Shown: in pieces, positions 1 to 13,686 of the stretch
How the letters are laid out: each line of letters opens with the position of its first letter
How positions within the stretch are numbered: position 1 is the stretch's first letter
Assembly (NCBI RefSeq): GCF_006345805.1
Contig: NC_043015.1
Span: 20,522,001-20,586,000 of the forward strand
DNA length: 64,000 nt
From: Octopus sinensis
Lineage: Eukaryota
Reading direction: 5' to 3'
Program-made: the position numbers and the translations under genes
Notes under the pieces: model-generated
Database searches by the model: none
The model's input: only the letters and a program-made list of their open reading frames with translations
What the model was told of the DNA's origin: nothing

Positions 1-152
1 TGACAACAGATGCTGGTGTCAGCGGTTCAGCAACAGAGAGGCCGATAGAACAAGACTAGCCGTACAAAGAATAAGTCCTGGGGTCAATTTGCTCGCCTTA
101 AGGCGCTGCTCCAGCATGGCCACAGTCAAATGACTGAAACAAGTAAAAGAGT
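1..152 (+). mobile_element. SINE family A, 3' tail (truncated by window edge)
   Basis: Ends GGCGCTGCTCCAGCATGGCCACAGTCAAATGACTGAAACAAGTAAAAGAG then (TA)n; the same tail recurs in reverse at ~3060, 16000, 32600, 33240, 45410 and 51930. Confidence 0.85.
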
Positions 153-934
153 ATATATTAAATATTTGTATATATGTATATATATATATATATATATAAT
201 ATATATATATGTGTGTGTGTGTGTATAAATTTATGTATGTGTAGCTATATGGCTCAGATCAAAATGTAACACAAACACACACACATATATAAAAGTTGAT
301 ATGAGTGCGTTTTAATATGGAGCCTCGATGTGACGGTACAAACAGTGATTAAAATCTAGAGCTCCACCAGTAGAACGAATAGGAGAAAATGTCGGTTAGT
401 TTCACCCGATAGTTGCCCGCTAATCAACATTATTATCTTCGTTTGTTAAGATCTGCAGGCCTGGAGTAATATTTATTAAACGGGTGAATATAAATTTATC
501 GACACACAAACTGTTTCGTTGCCAGCTTTTATTTGCGCGTGAGCAGTGTGAGTGGTGTTGTGTGTGTGTGTGTGTGTGTGCGTGTATGCTAGCTTTGCAG
601 AGATGTGAGTGTGGTTTTAATTGAGAGAGAGAGAGAGAGCGAGTGTGTGTGTGAGAAGAGTGTTTCAGGAGGAAGGTATGTGTACCGTTTGTGTGTGCAA
701 GTCTGGGAGTGTGCGCCATCTTTGAGAGAGAAAAGTGCGTGTACGTATGTGTGCTATTTACAGAAAAAAGATTGAAAAAGAGAGAGAGAGAAAGAAAGAG
801 AGAGGGAGGGTGAAAAGAGAGAGAAAGAATGCGTGCGTGTGTGTGTTATTTTTATGCATATTGATAATGTAGGACCAGTATAATGAATTGGAAGTGAATT
901 CTGTTTTTTTTTTAAAGCGAAAATAATTTAAGGA

Positions 935-1650
935 CGCAGTGAATATATAACTAGCTGTGTGTGTTTGTAAATACGCATATGTGCCCGTATGTGTGTGTGT
1001 GTTTGTGTCTGTGTGTGTTTGTGTCTGTGTTTGTTTAGGGATGTGAAATTAGGTATTAGAAAAAAAAAGAAAAAACAAAACATCAAGCAGGAAAGCAAAA
1101 ACGGAATTTGAATAGATAAAAAGCATAATAGGGAATATCTATATTTGGCAATGAGGTCAGAGGTGACAGTGAGCTGTAGAAGGAGCGGTCAATATTAGTG
1201 GAGTGTTAATGTATTATGGGGAAGAGTATGTGTGGGGGTGGTTGTGCGGTGTTCGGAAAATAATAATAATAATAATGATATTGATTTTTCACTATAAGAT
1301 AGGTGTCGTAGTTTTTCAAAGGCCTGGTTTGTGAGCGAGGTGGGGTGTATATATATATATTAATATATAAACTGCAATTCCAATCTTCTGTTCTAAAGAT
1401 AGTCCAACTATTTTATATACACAACCCTCTCGCACACCCTACTCCCCAACCGTCTCCCTCGTCCCCACCCACTGGTATTGACCTCAAGTTCTATACCTAA
1501 CTGTCAATTATTGACCCCTCAACCAAATATATATTCCCTATTATTCTTTCATCCATTCAAATTTTCATCGTTTATTCTAATTCCTAAATTCACATTCCCT
1601 AAACGCGAACGCAGTCACACGCACACATACCTATACGCATATATTCACTA
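935..1650. repeat. Old, diverged ~700-bp inverted repeat (fold-back)
   Basis: 1032-1205 (GTTTAGGGATGTGAAATTAGGTATTAGA...ATAATAGGGAATATCTATATTTGG...GGTCAATATTAGTGG) aligns with the reverse complement of ~1465-1604. Confidence 0.75.
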
Positions 1651-1835
1651 ACATACACACATATATATACATTTATACACAAGCATGCTCATACATATCT
1701 GCACGCACTGATTCACAAATGCACTCACACACATATGTAAAAGTCGACCAATGAGAATGAGTGCTCAACACTCAATTACTTCCTTTTCTTTTGGACATTC
1801 CAATGTTTCCTGTTTCCGAAGAAGAGCTTTGCGCC

Positions 1836-1878
<43 letters not shown>

Positions 1879-1934
1879 TTCGTATTTGTATTTGGTTTGC
1901 AAGATTCTTGATGTGAATTCATGTGTTGAAAGAA

Positions 1935-2165
1935 ATACTTACTGGACCTTGGGAGGAGCATTAAGCCGGTAATAATAAACACTAGCAATACTGAACATTT
2001 GAGCGATTAACTGTTTGACATATGAGTTTGGAGAACTAGTAATAAACGGCTGATCGTTAAATTGGTTAACAGAGTAACTAACCGATTAATTAACAACAAC
2101 AATAAAGGACCGAACCAGTGCGTGTGTTTATTATTACCGGCATAATTCCCTCCCAAAGATAAATA

Positions 2166-2170
<5 letters not shown>
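1935..2170. mobile_element. MITE-like element with ~45-bp terminal inverted repeats
   Basis: CTTGGGAGGAGCATTAAGCCGGTAATAATAAACAC pairs with GTGTTTATTATTACCGGCATAATTCCCTCCCAAAG; abuts (TA)n. Confidence 0.7.
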
Positions 2171-2201
<31 letters not shown>

Positions 2202-2361
2202 AAATTAATCAAAGGACATACATAGTATGTCTACCTACCGGGAAATAACAGTCAAAACTCTTATTAAATCGCCAAAAATACGCTGATGAAAACTATAGAA
2301 ATTAAACGAAGGCAAAATCAGGTTAAGACAATCTACTAACATATATTTAAGTATCTGGACT

Positions 2362-2415
2362 CACGTGAACCGGTTTCTAAACTGGCAAAATAAGCCTTAG
2401 CTTCTTCAGCACGCG
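2362..2415 (-). ncRNA. Type I hammerhead ribozyme motif (Penelope-like minimal type)
   Basis: Minus strand reads CGCGTG-CTGAAGA-AGCTAAGGCTTATTTTGCCAGTTTA-GAAAC-CG-GTT-CACGTG: 6-bp helix I, intact core, palindromic helix III (ACCGGT), GUU site. Confidence 0.75.
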
Positions 2416-2516
2416 TTACCATGACTAGAGATTTCCAACCCATCGCTTTGAAGTCTGTGCTGCAACTGATTCGTTTCGCGCTGAAACCACAGCAGCCACC
2501 AGTGTAAATTATTTTG

Positions 2517-2583
<67 letters not shown>

Positions 2584-2980
2584 CATACAGTAATTGCTTA
2601 AGCATTGGGTATGTACCTAGTAGTGAGTACCAATGAAGAGCGTTCACTGCCTATTGCTACCCGGATTCATCCACGTTTCTTCTTTACAATTGTCGTTGGA
2701 TCTGCCTCAAGAATTCTTCTGTAACAGAACCTGTCACTCGCGATTCGTGCCCGAGGGCTAAAACATATGATCACTTATAACATGCTATATTAAAACCAAA
2801 CAACAGAGGGTTTACTTAACGAGATACCCCTTGTTAAATCTCCTGGTACTGAAGAATACACAACAAACAGTTGTAGGTATCTCACCCGCGAGGGATCGAT
2901 GCAAGGTGGAACGAAACGATCGGTATGTGCAATAAAATTTCTCGTATATTCCATTGCACCCCTCTCCATCCTTTGATCAA

Positions 2981-3013
<33 letters not shown>

Positions 3014-3051
3014 GCTGGATTGTAAAGAAATGAATTCGAACATGATTTATT

Positions 3052-3385
3052 TTTTATTTATTTCAGTCACTGAATCGCGGACATGCTGGAACAACGCTTT
3101 GGAGAGTTTTGTCGAATAAAATCGTCTCATACTTTATCGGTCGTTCCTGCCTAACCGTTAAGTTATGGGGACGTAAATATACCAACGTCGGTTGTCAAGC
3201 AGTGGTGGGGGACAAAAACCAACACATATACAGACAGACACACACACAGATATGGCTGGTTTCTTTCAGTTTGTTTACTACAACCACCCATATGTCTTAG
3301 GTCGGACTGAGGCTATAGTAGGAGACACTTGCTGAAGGGGCTACACTCTGGAATGGACCATACGGTTCGGAAGCCCCATAGCCAT
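3052..3385 (-). mobile_element. SINE family A, diverged full copy
   Basis: Reverse tail, internal (CA)n, and reverse core GAGGCTATAGTAGGAGACACTTGC. Confidence 0.8.
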
Positions 3386-3439
3386 ATACACACTGAGTGT
3401 GAACAAGTGGTACACATGCGTAGTAATACTCTGTTATAA

Positions 3440-3626
3440 TGGTTTCAAATTTTGGCAGATGGACAGCAATTTTTTAGTATTCAACTGATATTAAATTCTA
3501 TCGACCACCAAATAAGGAAACGCAAAATCTACCTCGGTGGTATTTGAACTTAGAACGTACAAAATTGCAAGAAATGCTGATAAACATTTTGCCTCACGTG
3601 CTAACCACTCTGCTGCTCCACCGCCT
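3440..3626 (-). mobile_element. SINE family B, diverged
   Basis: Aligns with the better-preserved copy at 42075-42289 (ACCTCGGTGGTATTTGAACTTAGAACGTA...GCTAACCACTCTGC...CCGCC). Confidence 0.7.
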
Positions 3627-3909
3627 GGTATAATGAAAGATGAAGCTGCCCGCAGAAAGTATACAGCACAACCATTGAACTTGTCAACGTGGAGTCAATT
3701 CAACCGTTTTTTTATGACGATGTTCAACAAATATCTCCTACGACGTCAGAATGATGGAAATATTTCACCTTCAACATACGAATTTTGTTCCTTTCACAAT
3801 GGAAATAAGTACAAAATGGAATATACAGACCTACATGTGTGTGTGTGTGTATATATATGCCTATTTATATCCATACATCCATACATATGTATACATATAT
3901 TCACACACA

Positions 3910-4199
3910 CATACACACATATATATATACGTACATATACATGTACAATACCACTCCATGTGTGTATATACATATACCTGTCCCTATGTATATATCTATA
4001 TCTATATATATATATATATACTTATATATGTATATATATATTATCTATATATATATATATATATATATACGTATATATATTTATATATATATATCATATA
4101 TAATGCTTATATACACATATACATAAACATATATATGCTTATATATACTATACATATATAGCTTATATTACATATACATATATATAATACATATATATA

Positions 4200-4230
<31 letters not shown>

Positions 4231-4884
4231 ATATATATAATATATATATATATGTATATACACATATCTTGTATAAGTAATTTTCACAAACTGGTCTCCT
4301 TACATAAACATCCACGCACACTCTCATACATGTACCTCCATACACAACATGTTTATACACGTCTGAATGCGAGAGTGTGCGTGAATAATCAAAAGTTCCC
4401 CAATTTTTGTTTTTGTTAAAAAGGATGAAATAAATGAATTAGGTAAATGTATTAAATGAAATTTGCCTCCGGTTATTCTGATTTCATTTTTTTCCGTTAC
4501 TTTTCTTATTAAAAGAAAATCACGGCTACAGCATGACCGCACTCAGTCGCACAGATTAATATACATGAAATAACTAACTGACTTAGTCCCAAGAAACAAA
4601 ATGTACACCAAAAGAAATGAATAAAATAAAAGTTAAAAAACGAGTCAATTCTAAGACAGTAATTTAAAATGTAGCCCTGGGTTAAGAACGAAACGAAATT
4701 TAATACAAGTCAGCATCAACAAGATTATGATTAAAACTCAAATGAAGAAAACAAGAATTCCCATACAGATACAAACACACATATATATATACGTACATAT
4801 ACATGTACAAATACACCTCCATGTGTGTATATACATATACCTGTCCCTATGTATATCTATATCTATATATATATATAATACTTA

Positions 4885-4933
<49 letters not shown>

Positions 4934-5069
4934 GTATATATATTTATATATATATATACATATAATGCTTATATACACATATACATAAACATATATATGC
5001 TTATATATACATATACATATATATGCTTATATATACATATACATATATATATATACTATATATATAAAT

Positions 5070-5128
<59 letters not shown>

Positions 5129-5635
5129 CACATATCTTGTATAAGTAATTTTCACAAACTGGTCTCCTTACATAAACATCCACGCACACTCTCATACATG
5201 TACCTCCATACACAACATGTTTATACACGTCTGAATGCGAGAGTGTGCGTGAATAATCAAAAGTTCCCCAATTTTTGTTTTTGTTAAAAAGGATGAAATA
5301 AATGAATTAGGTAAATGTATTAAATGAAATTTGCCTCCGGTTATTCTGATTTCATTTTTTTCCCGTTACTTTTCTTATTAAAAGAAAATCACGGCTACAG
5401 CATGACCGCACTACAGTCGCACAGATTAATATACATGAAATAACTAAATGACTTAGTCCCAAAGAAACAAAATGTACACCAAAAGAAATGAATAAAATAA
5501 AAGTTAAAAAACGAGTCAATTCTAAGACAGTAATTTAAAATGTAGCCCTGGGTTAAAGAACGAAACGAAATTTAATACAAGTCAGCATCAACAAGATTAT
5601 GATTAAAACTCAAATGAAGAAAACAAGAATTCCAC
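3910..5635. repeat. Near-identical tandem duplication, period ~868 bp
   Basis: Unique core 4261-4761 is repeated at 5129-5633; each copy is preceded by the same TA/CA-rich block. Confidence 0.95.
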
Positions 5636-5785
5636 ATACATATACACACACACATATATATATGCATACATGCATACATGTATATACATATATACATATA
5701 CATACATATACATACGCATATATACACACACACACATATAACATATATATGTCTCTCTCACTCTCTCTCTCTCTCTCTCTCTCTC

Positions 5786-5840
<55 letters not shown>

Positions 5841-7266
5841 TATAAATTGCATTCATTTCCTTGAGTATTCCCCTTAGTATGAAAGCAAGAAAAAAAGAAA
5901 TATTTTTTTATTTGTGTTTCTGTGCATTAATTCTCTCGGTTATTTCGTTTAATAATACGAAAATCTTCATCTCTCTCCCTCAATTAGATTTCTCTATTGT
6001 GCCTTGTGTTGTTGTTTCTTCTTCCATTTGTTTAATAGGAGAGAAAGGGGGGAGGAGAAAATGGAGGGGGGGGGGCAGCGGGAAAGGGATGTCGGTTAGT
6101 TTGATAAAGAAAATAAGATAACAAAGAGACAAAAGTATAAGTCTTGGAAGGAAAAAAGAGAGTGAGTAAATATTAAATAAAAGGATATCATAAAAACAAT
6201 AAAAGAATACAAAACCGATAAATTTTGAAAAGAAGTCATACAAGAAAAAGGGGCTGCAGGCTGGGCCTCTGATCAACAGATCAACCAACTTAATTCTTTC
6301 AGCTTTTATACCTTCCAAACATGTTGATTCGGTTCAGTAAATTATCAAATCTTGTTCGGCGGCGCGCCCTCGTTATTATTCAAACCTGGCAATGAATGAT
6401 TTTTGGCCGAGATATGATTTAATTATCGAAGATGTCTGCAGCTGAGATAAGAGGATGGAATATTAAATGGTTCAGAAAGCCAGCGAACAATACTGTATTT
6501 TCCCATTATATCAAACTGTTTTGAAGATGAAGGAATGAGTTACTATTAATAGCGATGTACAATGGGATGTAATAATGAAGTAAGATAATATAATATGGCT
6601 GATGTGTTTCTATGTATCAGTCTTATATCGCAGGCAAACCTCAGGCGCAAACGAGTGTGACGCCATGATATCAAAGGGAGATTATTTCTTTCAAGCAAGT
6701 TTAATTAATTTGTTGGAGGTTGGAGGATGAAAGAAAAAGTGAAATTATACTAAATGAATGTATAATTTTTAAAAAAGGAAATCCAAATAATATAAGAATA
6801 GGAATAGAATAATCGAATTCGATTTCTTTTTTTTTTTCTTCGTTTGGTCATTGGGCATTAGACATTTCTACAGAGTAATGGCAGGAAAGTGATTATTCAA
6901 CATCCGAAAGCCAGATTAAAATCAGGAAAGATGAAATATGTTCGGAATATTCCATCAAATCGCTTTAAATAGTTCGCCACAAAGCTAAACATGTTTTCTG
7001 TGTGGATACTCACTATCTCCATAAAATGCACAAATATTCTTATATCGACAAATTTTCTTGGTCTAGATGCAGTAGATATATTTTGGAAGACAATCCAGTC
7101 ATAACCATCCTTTCCTTTTCTGTATCTGTGATAAAACTTTCCAGTGTGTCTTTCTTTATTAAGGCGATCTTAATGCAGTTTGTCTGGAATTTCGTGTTTA
7201 TCTCTAGCAGAATAAAACTTTATCAAAATGTGGTGATATATGAAAGATGAAATGAATACACATCCA

Positions 7267-7324
<58 letters not shown>

Positions 7325-7332
7325 CTATCTAT

Positions 7333-7364
<32 letters not shown>

Positions 7365-7478
7365 ACGTCTGTCTGTCTGTCTGTCTGTCCGTCCGTCTGT
7401 CTGTCTATCTATCGATTAATCTACCTACCTATCTATCGTTCACTCGCCTCTCTCTGTGTATGTATATATATATATATA

Positions 7479-7533
<55 letters not shown>

Positions 7534-7666
7534 ATATAAACATGTATATATATACATATGTCTATATACATGTATATATACATATATATATGTATATATA
7601 TATTTATATGTATGTATACACATGTTTGTGTGCGTATATATATACATACATATGTACATGTTTGTG

Positions 7667-7702
<36 letters not shown>

Positions 7703-8910
7703 AAATTAGTGTTGACAAGGATTTCAATAGTTTTGCTTCGCAAGTTATCCAAGTAATATGGTTAAATAATCCGTCAGGCGAAGCTTAGATTCAAGACAAT
7801 AAGAATTTTACCTGATAAATTTTACTTTACTCTCAGTAAATTATCCGTTGTTGTGCTTAATCTAACTTTAAAATAGTGTCTTCGACTTAACACACACAGC
7901 ACAAAAATACTAATTGGTGTCGCGTCCCTAAGAATTCCAACGTGATTCTTCGACACGAATTTGAATACAAAAAAAAATACTATCAGTCTTTTCAGATATA
8001 TCGCCTTTATACAGAAATATTTCTAATCTATGTATTGAGGAATTCGACATGAATTTCGCTTTTTCCTTAAACGTGAATATATACACACCATACACACTCA
8101 AACACATACACATATACACTTGATAATGCATACGTCTTTTGTTGAGTTGTGTTAAATGAAATGAATATTCATAATTTGTGTAGCTAGAGAGTGTGAGGCT
8201 CTGGGCAGGCCTTCAATTTACCGCCGTTCCTTGGCGAATGTACCATACACAAGTTTATATACCAGATCCAAAAGTGCTGCCCCTACGAAAGCGTCCCTCG
8301 GGGCGGATCGCTCTTATCACTGCTCGCCCCACTTTAGCTAGGCTACTGATATTTATGGAAATATCTAATCGGCTCGCTCTGTAACATTTATTAAATATTC
8401 TCTGTTTTACGTGGCAGTCTCCAACTCAAAATCACATGAGTGCTAACAAGCTGCACTGTCAGTGACGTACGTTTGTATTAGGTGGATGCTCATACTTGGT
8501 TCCATTGTTGACACGAACATATACGTGCATGTGCTGTGTACCAAGTAAGATATGAGGGAGAGATGATCACCTTGTGGGTTTCATATCCCAGATTAAGGAA
8601 CACCACAAACTTATGCACTTCCTCGGTTAAGAAACACTTCGATAAATAGCTAACCATGAAATAAGTGTATATCTAAAAGGGGATCGTTACTTCTCAAAGT
8701 ACAGTGCAGTATATTTAACTGCATGTAAAGTACCTCTGTTGTATCAGGCAAATAAAACTTGTTCTTTATTTAAATTATACTTTTATTATTTCATATTACT
8801 CTCACTTCTGTTTTCAGAATATTAATGATAATATTGATGTCTATTCATATATATGTAGAGAGTTGCTTTCATGAGTTTATAAGGTGACATGGTGCTTTTA
8901 AAAAGTGATG

Positions 8911-8982
8911 GTCAGATATCCAGAAAATTCAGTTATCCGGTAGTGCGCCAGCGCTAGTTGTGCCGGATACGAGAGAGTTTAT
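8911..8982 (-). mobile_element. Solo pogo/Tigger-like MITE end
   Basis: Minus strand AAACTCTCTCGTATCCGGCAC...CCGGATAACTGAATTTTCTGGATA has the TATCCGG sub-repeat pattern of such ends; no partner end found. Confidence 0.4.
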
Positions 8983-9514
8983 TTAGCTTTTACCTACACG
9001 CCTATTTTCACATAAATTTCCCACTTCGCTACAACATATTTTATCTCACTTAAAGGCTTAGTCCAACTGATCAAATATGAATAAAGCAATTCTCAAAATA
9101 CTTGTTATACTAACTTCACATTAAATAAAATAGTTACATTTCCCACCATTCCGTCATGCACCCGCAGGAAATTGTTGAAACACGTCACTTCCTGTCGCTG
9201 TTAACCATGTCACACTATTTGCTGCTACTAATACAACATAAGTCAACCAACCACAGCTTTAAAGACACTAATTCATCAATATTTTTCCTAAAAATACGAT
9301 CATTGAACAACCTTGCATTTTCTGTTTTTATTTAATAGCATCAAGCTTACTTAACTCATCACCTGCGTTGGTCAGTGCACATACAGTTTATACACGTATC
9401 TTTACACACACACACACACATATATGTGTTGTGTGTGTTGGTGTGTGTGCATACGCGCGCACACAAACAGACACGCATACATATATTTTATATATATAAT
9501 ATATATAATATATA

Positions 9515-9545
<31 letters not shown>

Positions 9546-10544
9546 TTTATAATATACATATAATATATACATACATACAGTACATAATATAGCGGGTGTG
9601 AGTGTGCACATGTTGAAAATTGCATTCCCCTTAATAATTATTACGCCAACTTCCTTGCTAACCATAATTGCAGATTAATTAACCCCTCTAAATTGAGCTA
9701 GTGTTAACCATCAAGCGCGTTCTAGAGGCAATTAACCTGATGGAAATACTGTGAAACTAGTTGAATGGAATTGCTCCCCACCCATCCGTCATTAATTGAT
9801 TCCACACTATCAACAAGAGTTTTCTCTGCCATTCCATCTAATGTAATACTGTGCACTTCTATCAAATCTATCATTAAATTCCTTCTCTTGAAAGCCCTGG
9901 AATTCTTCAGAAATTCACCATCATTAGCAATGTCATTAACAGGCTAATAACAAACGTTAGGTAATTAATGTTAGAGTAGGACGATTATTACTGATTCAAA
10001 AATCAGGGTTACGGTATCACTGACTTCTCCACATGTAGCAGTCGCTGATTAGAGGTGGGCTTCAGAAAACACAACATCACAGCTGACCCGGGATATGTAG
10101 AGATGAGAGTTTAGCAATGTTAGTATACATGAACGGCCACGCCATCGAGAATTTTGAAAAAGAATAGAAAAAGAATATTCATGAAAGATGATTTAAGTTT
10201 CATCTCTTCCACCTTCTTCAAAAAGCAAGCTTTTTAAAACATTAATACTTAAATTAAACTTAAAAGATTGCTTTTAATGGAAACTAAATTGGAAACCATA
10301 CATGTGCATATGAGTTCTTACTGTCGTCGTAAATAGGAGAGATTTCGATTTATCTTCAAAAAGGCGCACCTCTATTGGAGTATTTCTCTGAGGTAACTTA
10401 CGTGATACCAAGATGTTTCAATGAAAAACTCACAAGAGGAAACAAAACAAAAAAATAAAAGCTCTTCCCAACCATGTACAACAGAACCAGGATGTGGGAA
10501 ATACGTATTCTAATCTTCCCTTCAATGTGAATATAGCCATTAAG

Positions 10545-10690
10545 ACGGTGTGCTGGCACAATCATTAGCACACCGAGTTAAATACCTAACGACATTTCTT
10601 CCGTCTCCACGTTCTGAATTCAAATTCAGCTGAGGTCGATAAACTAAGTACCAGTTGAACACTGGCGGTAGTCTAATCGACTTAGCTCCG
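10545..10690 (+). mobile_element. SINE family B, internally deleted
   Basis: tRNA-like head TGCTGGCACAATCATTAGCA...GTTCTGAATTCAAATTC, then GAGGTCGATAAACTAAGTACCAGTTG. Confidence 0.75.
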
Positions 10691-11037
10691 TATATTGCCA
10701 TGAACGTAGCCTGGAATTTTTTATGCTAAGTATGTCATTTGTCAGATTCATTCATGTAACGCTAACATCATTTATCATTGCGTGGATAAACCTGTTTTCC
10801 AACATCACGATATGGCTGAGCGGTTTCTCGCATAAAAGTCTAGTGACTTCGAATTGCTCCAAAATAAGTGTCATCAAACGATAATCGGTTGTAGCGGTGC
10901 CCGTCAATACATCTCTCTCACTATATCTTTCTGTGTGTCTGTTTGCTTGCCCCCATCTGTCTCGAAGTGCAGTTATTCAGTGATACTGAAATGGTCCACG
11001 TGACCAATCACAAGGTAAGAATGTAGCTAACCATCAT

Positions 11038-11079
<42 letters not shown>

Positions 11080-11177
11080 TACATACATATAAGATAAACT
11101 AACTCGGAAATAGATGCGTGGCGTTCAATCAAATATTAATACAAATAATATATATATATATATGTATATATATAAGT

Positions 11178-11211
<34 letters not shown>

Positions 11212-11887
11212 CATAAATATATTATTTATATTGTAAATATATATATATATGTATATTATTTAATACAACATTGTGTGTGTGTATGTCTCGAGTACTTATA
11301 AGGTTTGAATTGATAAGCATTGTAAACATACGAATAATATGGATATATATATTATATATATATAATATATATATATATTATATATATACACACACACAAA
11401 CCAAATCTTCAGTTACTCGTTCATTTCCTTCAATGTAGCGCGTTGTTGTACCGACGTACTTACTTTCTTAATTGCCAATAAAGGATTTCCCAGCCTTGCA
11501 GCCAGTTCTGTAGCAACATTTCACGAATCAAAACATGTCAAAGTTATTAGATTAGACTAATATAATGGTCTAAATTTCTTTTTGTTTGGCGTCACGTCAG
11601 TTTTTCTAAGACTGAACCGATGTTTCCCTAATAATGTATCCGCGCCTAACAAAATAATAATTCCTAATTATGATAACTTTATTACATTTCTTTTAAGCCT
11701 CCACCAATCAGATTCTCCCATCAACAGTCTCTCATTGACTTCTTTTATAATATATACGCCTGTTTTCATTTTTTAACCTACATAAATATGTTAACGCATC
11801 TAAATTTTACACACAAACATATATATTCATATATGAACATATATGTACACATATACACACAACCGCTGACATAAATACACAAATACA

Positions 11888-11932
<45 letters not shown>

Positions 11933-11969
11933 CCATGTCTTTCTATGCATCTATATATTTATCCATATA

Positions 11970-12560
11970 CAGGGTGCCCCGCGAAAAGGTAGCCCGGGTG
12001 AAGTAGTATAGTGTAAATACAGAAATAAATTTACACGCAAGTGTAAAAAAAGTGAGACGTCAGAGTTTCCAACACATCGTTGGCATCACTTCCAGTTTAT
12101 GTGTTGTATTCTTTGAACTTCGAGTAATCCTTTGGCAAATGTCCTAAATAACTTCTGGGGTTCGAACTGTAGCGTCTCTATGTTTTGGGACATTGTGCAC
12201 TGACCCAGTAAATCGTCACTTTTTAACCAACATTTGTATCGTTCTCTTTACTGTTAAGCCTTTACCCTGAAACTTGGCTTCAAAAGTTTCACGCATTTGC
12301 TTAACAGAACCCGTTCTCATACGCTTTCGCAATCTCCACTCTCTCCGCTATTGAGTGCGTCTGGCAGAAAAGGCTACAGATGTTCACTCAATACAATCTA
12401 ACAATCAACTAATGCGATGGGGATGCGGTGAGGATAACGTAGCAAAGCAGTCGAAATAACATAATAAAACATGCAAACGAAAGGCAGGTTGCTTTTCCAT
12501 GCGCTTAAACATATTTCTGTATTTACACTACGCTACGGAAGCCGGGCAACTTTTAGTACG
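11970..12560 (-). mobile_element. Internally deleted Tc1/mariner element retaining the transposase N-terminal HTH (DUF4817-like)
   Basis: Starts TA|CAGGGTG; imperfect TIRs (AAAAGGTAGCCCGG..TAGTGTAAATACAGAAATA vs TATTTCTGTATTTACACTA..CCGGGCAACTTTT). Minus-strand translation HSIAERVEIAKAY/RTGSVKQMRETFEAKFQGKGLTVKRTIQMLVKK*RFTGSVHNVPKHRDATVRTPEVI*DICQRITRS. Confidence 0.85.
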
Positions 12561-12688
12561 ATTATCATATGAACTTTATTAGCTTAAAGCTGTTACCGCT
12601 ATATAACATGAAATAACTCATAGTTGAGAGCTTGGGTGTCACAATATAGCTTCCACGGAGCCTCAAACACGAAGTGCAACACTTAAAC

Positions 12689-12784
<96 letters not shown>

Positions 12785-13034
12785 GTATAGGATGGTTTGG
12801 AGATGATGTACGGTATTATATATTAGAAGAAATGAGGTAATCAGAAGATCGGATGGTTCATATTTACAGATATTTATACATTACATTTTTTACATATATA
12901 TATCATATCATTCAGATCATATCATTCAGATCATTAGCGCTTTCTCCCATTCTAGTGGGGTTTTCAAATCAAAATATATATATGTATGTATGTATATATG
13001 TAAGCATACCTATGTTTATATGTGTATATGTATG

Positions 13035-13068
<34 letters not shown>

Positions 13069-13101
13069 GTATATGTATATGTATATATATTATATGTATA
13101 T

Positions 13102-13168
<67 letters not shown>

Positions 13169-13183
13169 ATATATATATATATG

Positions 13184-13360
13184 TTAGTTAGTTAGTTTGG
13201 CTCAAAAGCAAATAGCAAGGCCATGTAGGGGGACATGGAGTAAGTACAGGATGGTGTTCATGTAAAGAGTTCAGGCCACTTGAGGTCAAGGGAGACTTTG
13301 AACAAAGCGGTCGTCGGCATCTTCACCATCTCGTCTGGCAGCTTGTTCCACGGATCCGCT
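13184..13360 (-). mobile_element. 5'-truncated CR1-like LINE 3' end
   Basis: Minus strand encodes ADPWNKLPDEMVKMPTTALFKVSLDLKWPELFT* (WNxLP...FK..LD, typical ORF2 C-terminus), followed by a short 3' UTR and (AACT)n tail next to (TA)n. Confidence 0.85.
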
Positions 13361-13497
13361 GCTGCATAAGGTGTCTATGAACAATGTGTATGCATTGAGT
13401 ATGATGACTATTTTCTATCTCTATTTGTCTATGTATACATCTAAATATGTATATATATGTGTATGTTTTATGCATGTATGTATGTATATATAATCTA

Positions 13498-13550
<53 letters not shown>

Positions 13551-13655
13551 CTCTATCTATCTCTCTCTCTCTCTCTCTCTCCTCTCTCTCTCCTCTCTCT
13601 ATATATATATATATAATATATATATATAATATATATATATAATTATAGGTATATA

Positions 13656-13686
<31 letters not shown>

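Noticed and set aside
2281-2310. CTGATGA followed by GAAAT
   Set aside because: No helix II pairing and no NUH/helix III; not a hammerhead.
8193-8384. GC-richer 63-aa ORF with GAAAGCGTC
   Set aside because: No recognisable domain, no CUGANGA box and no convincing splice signals.
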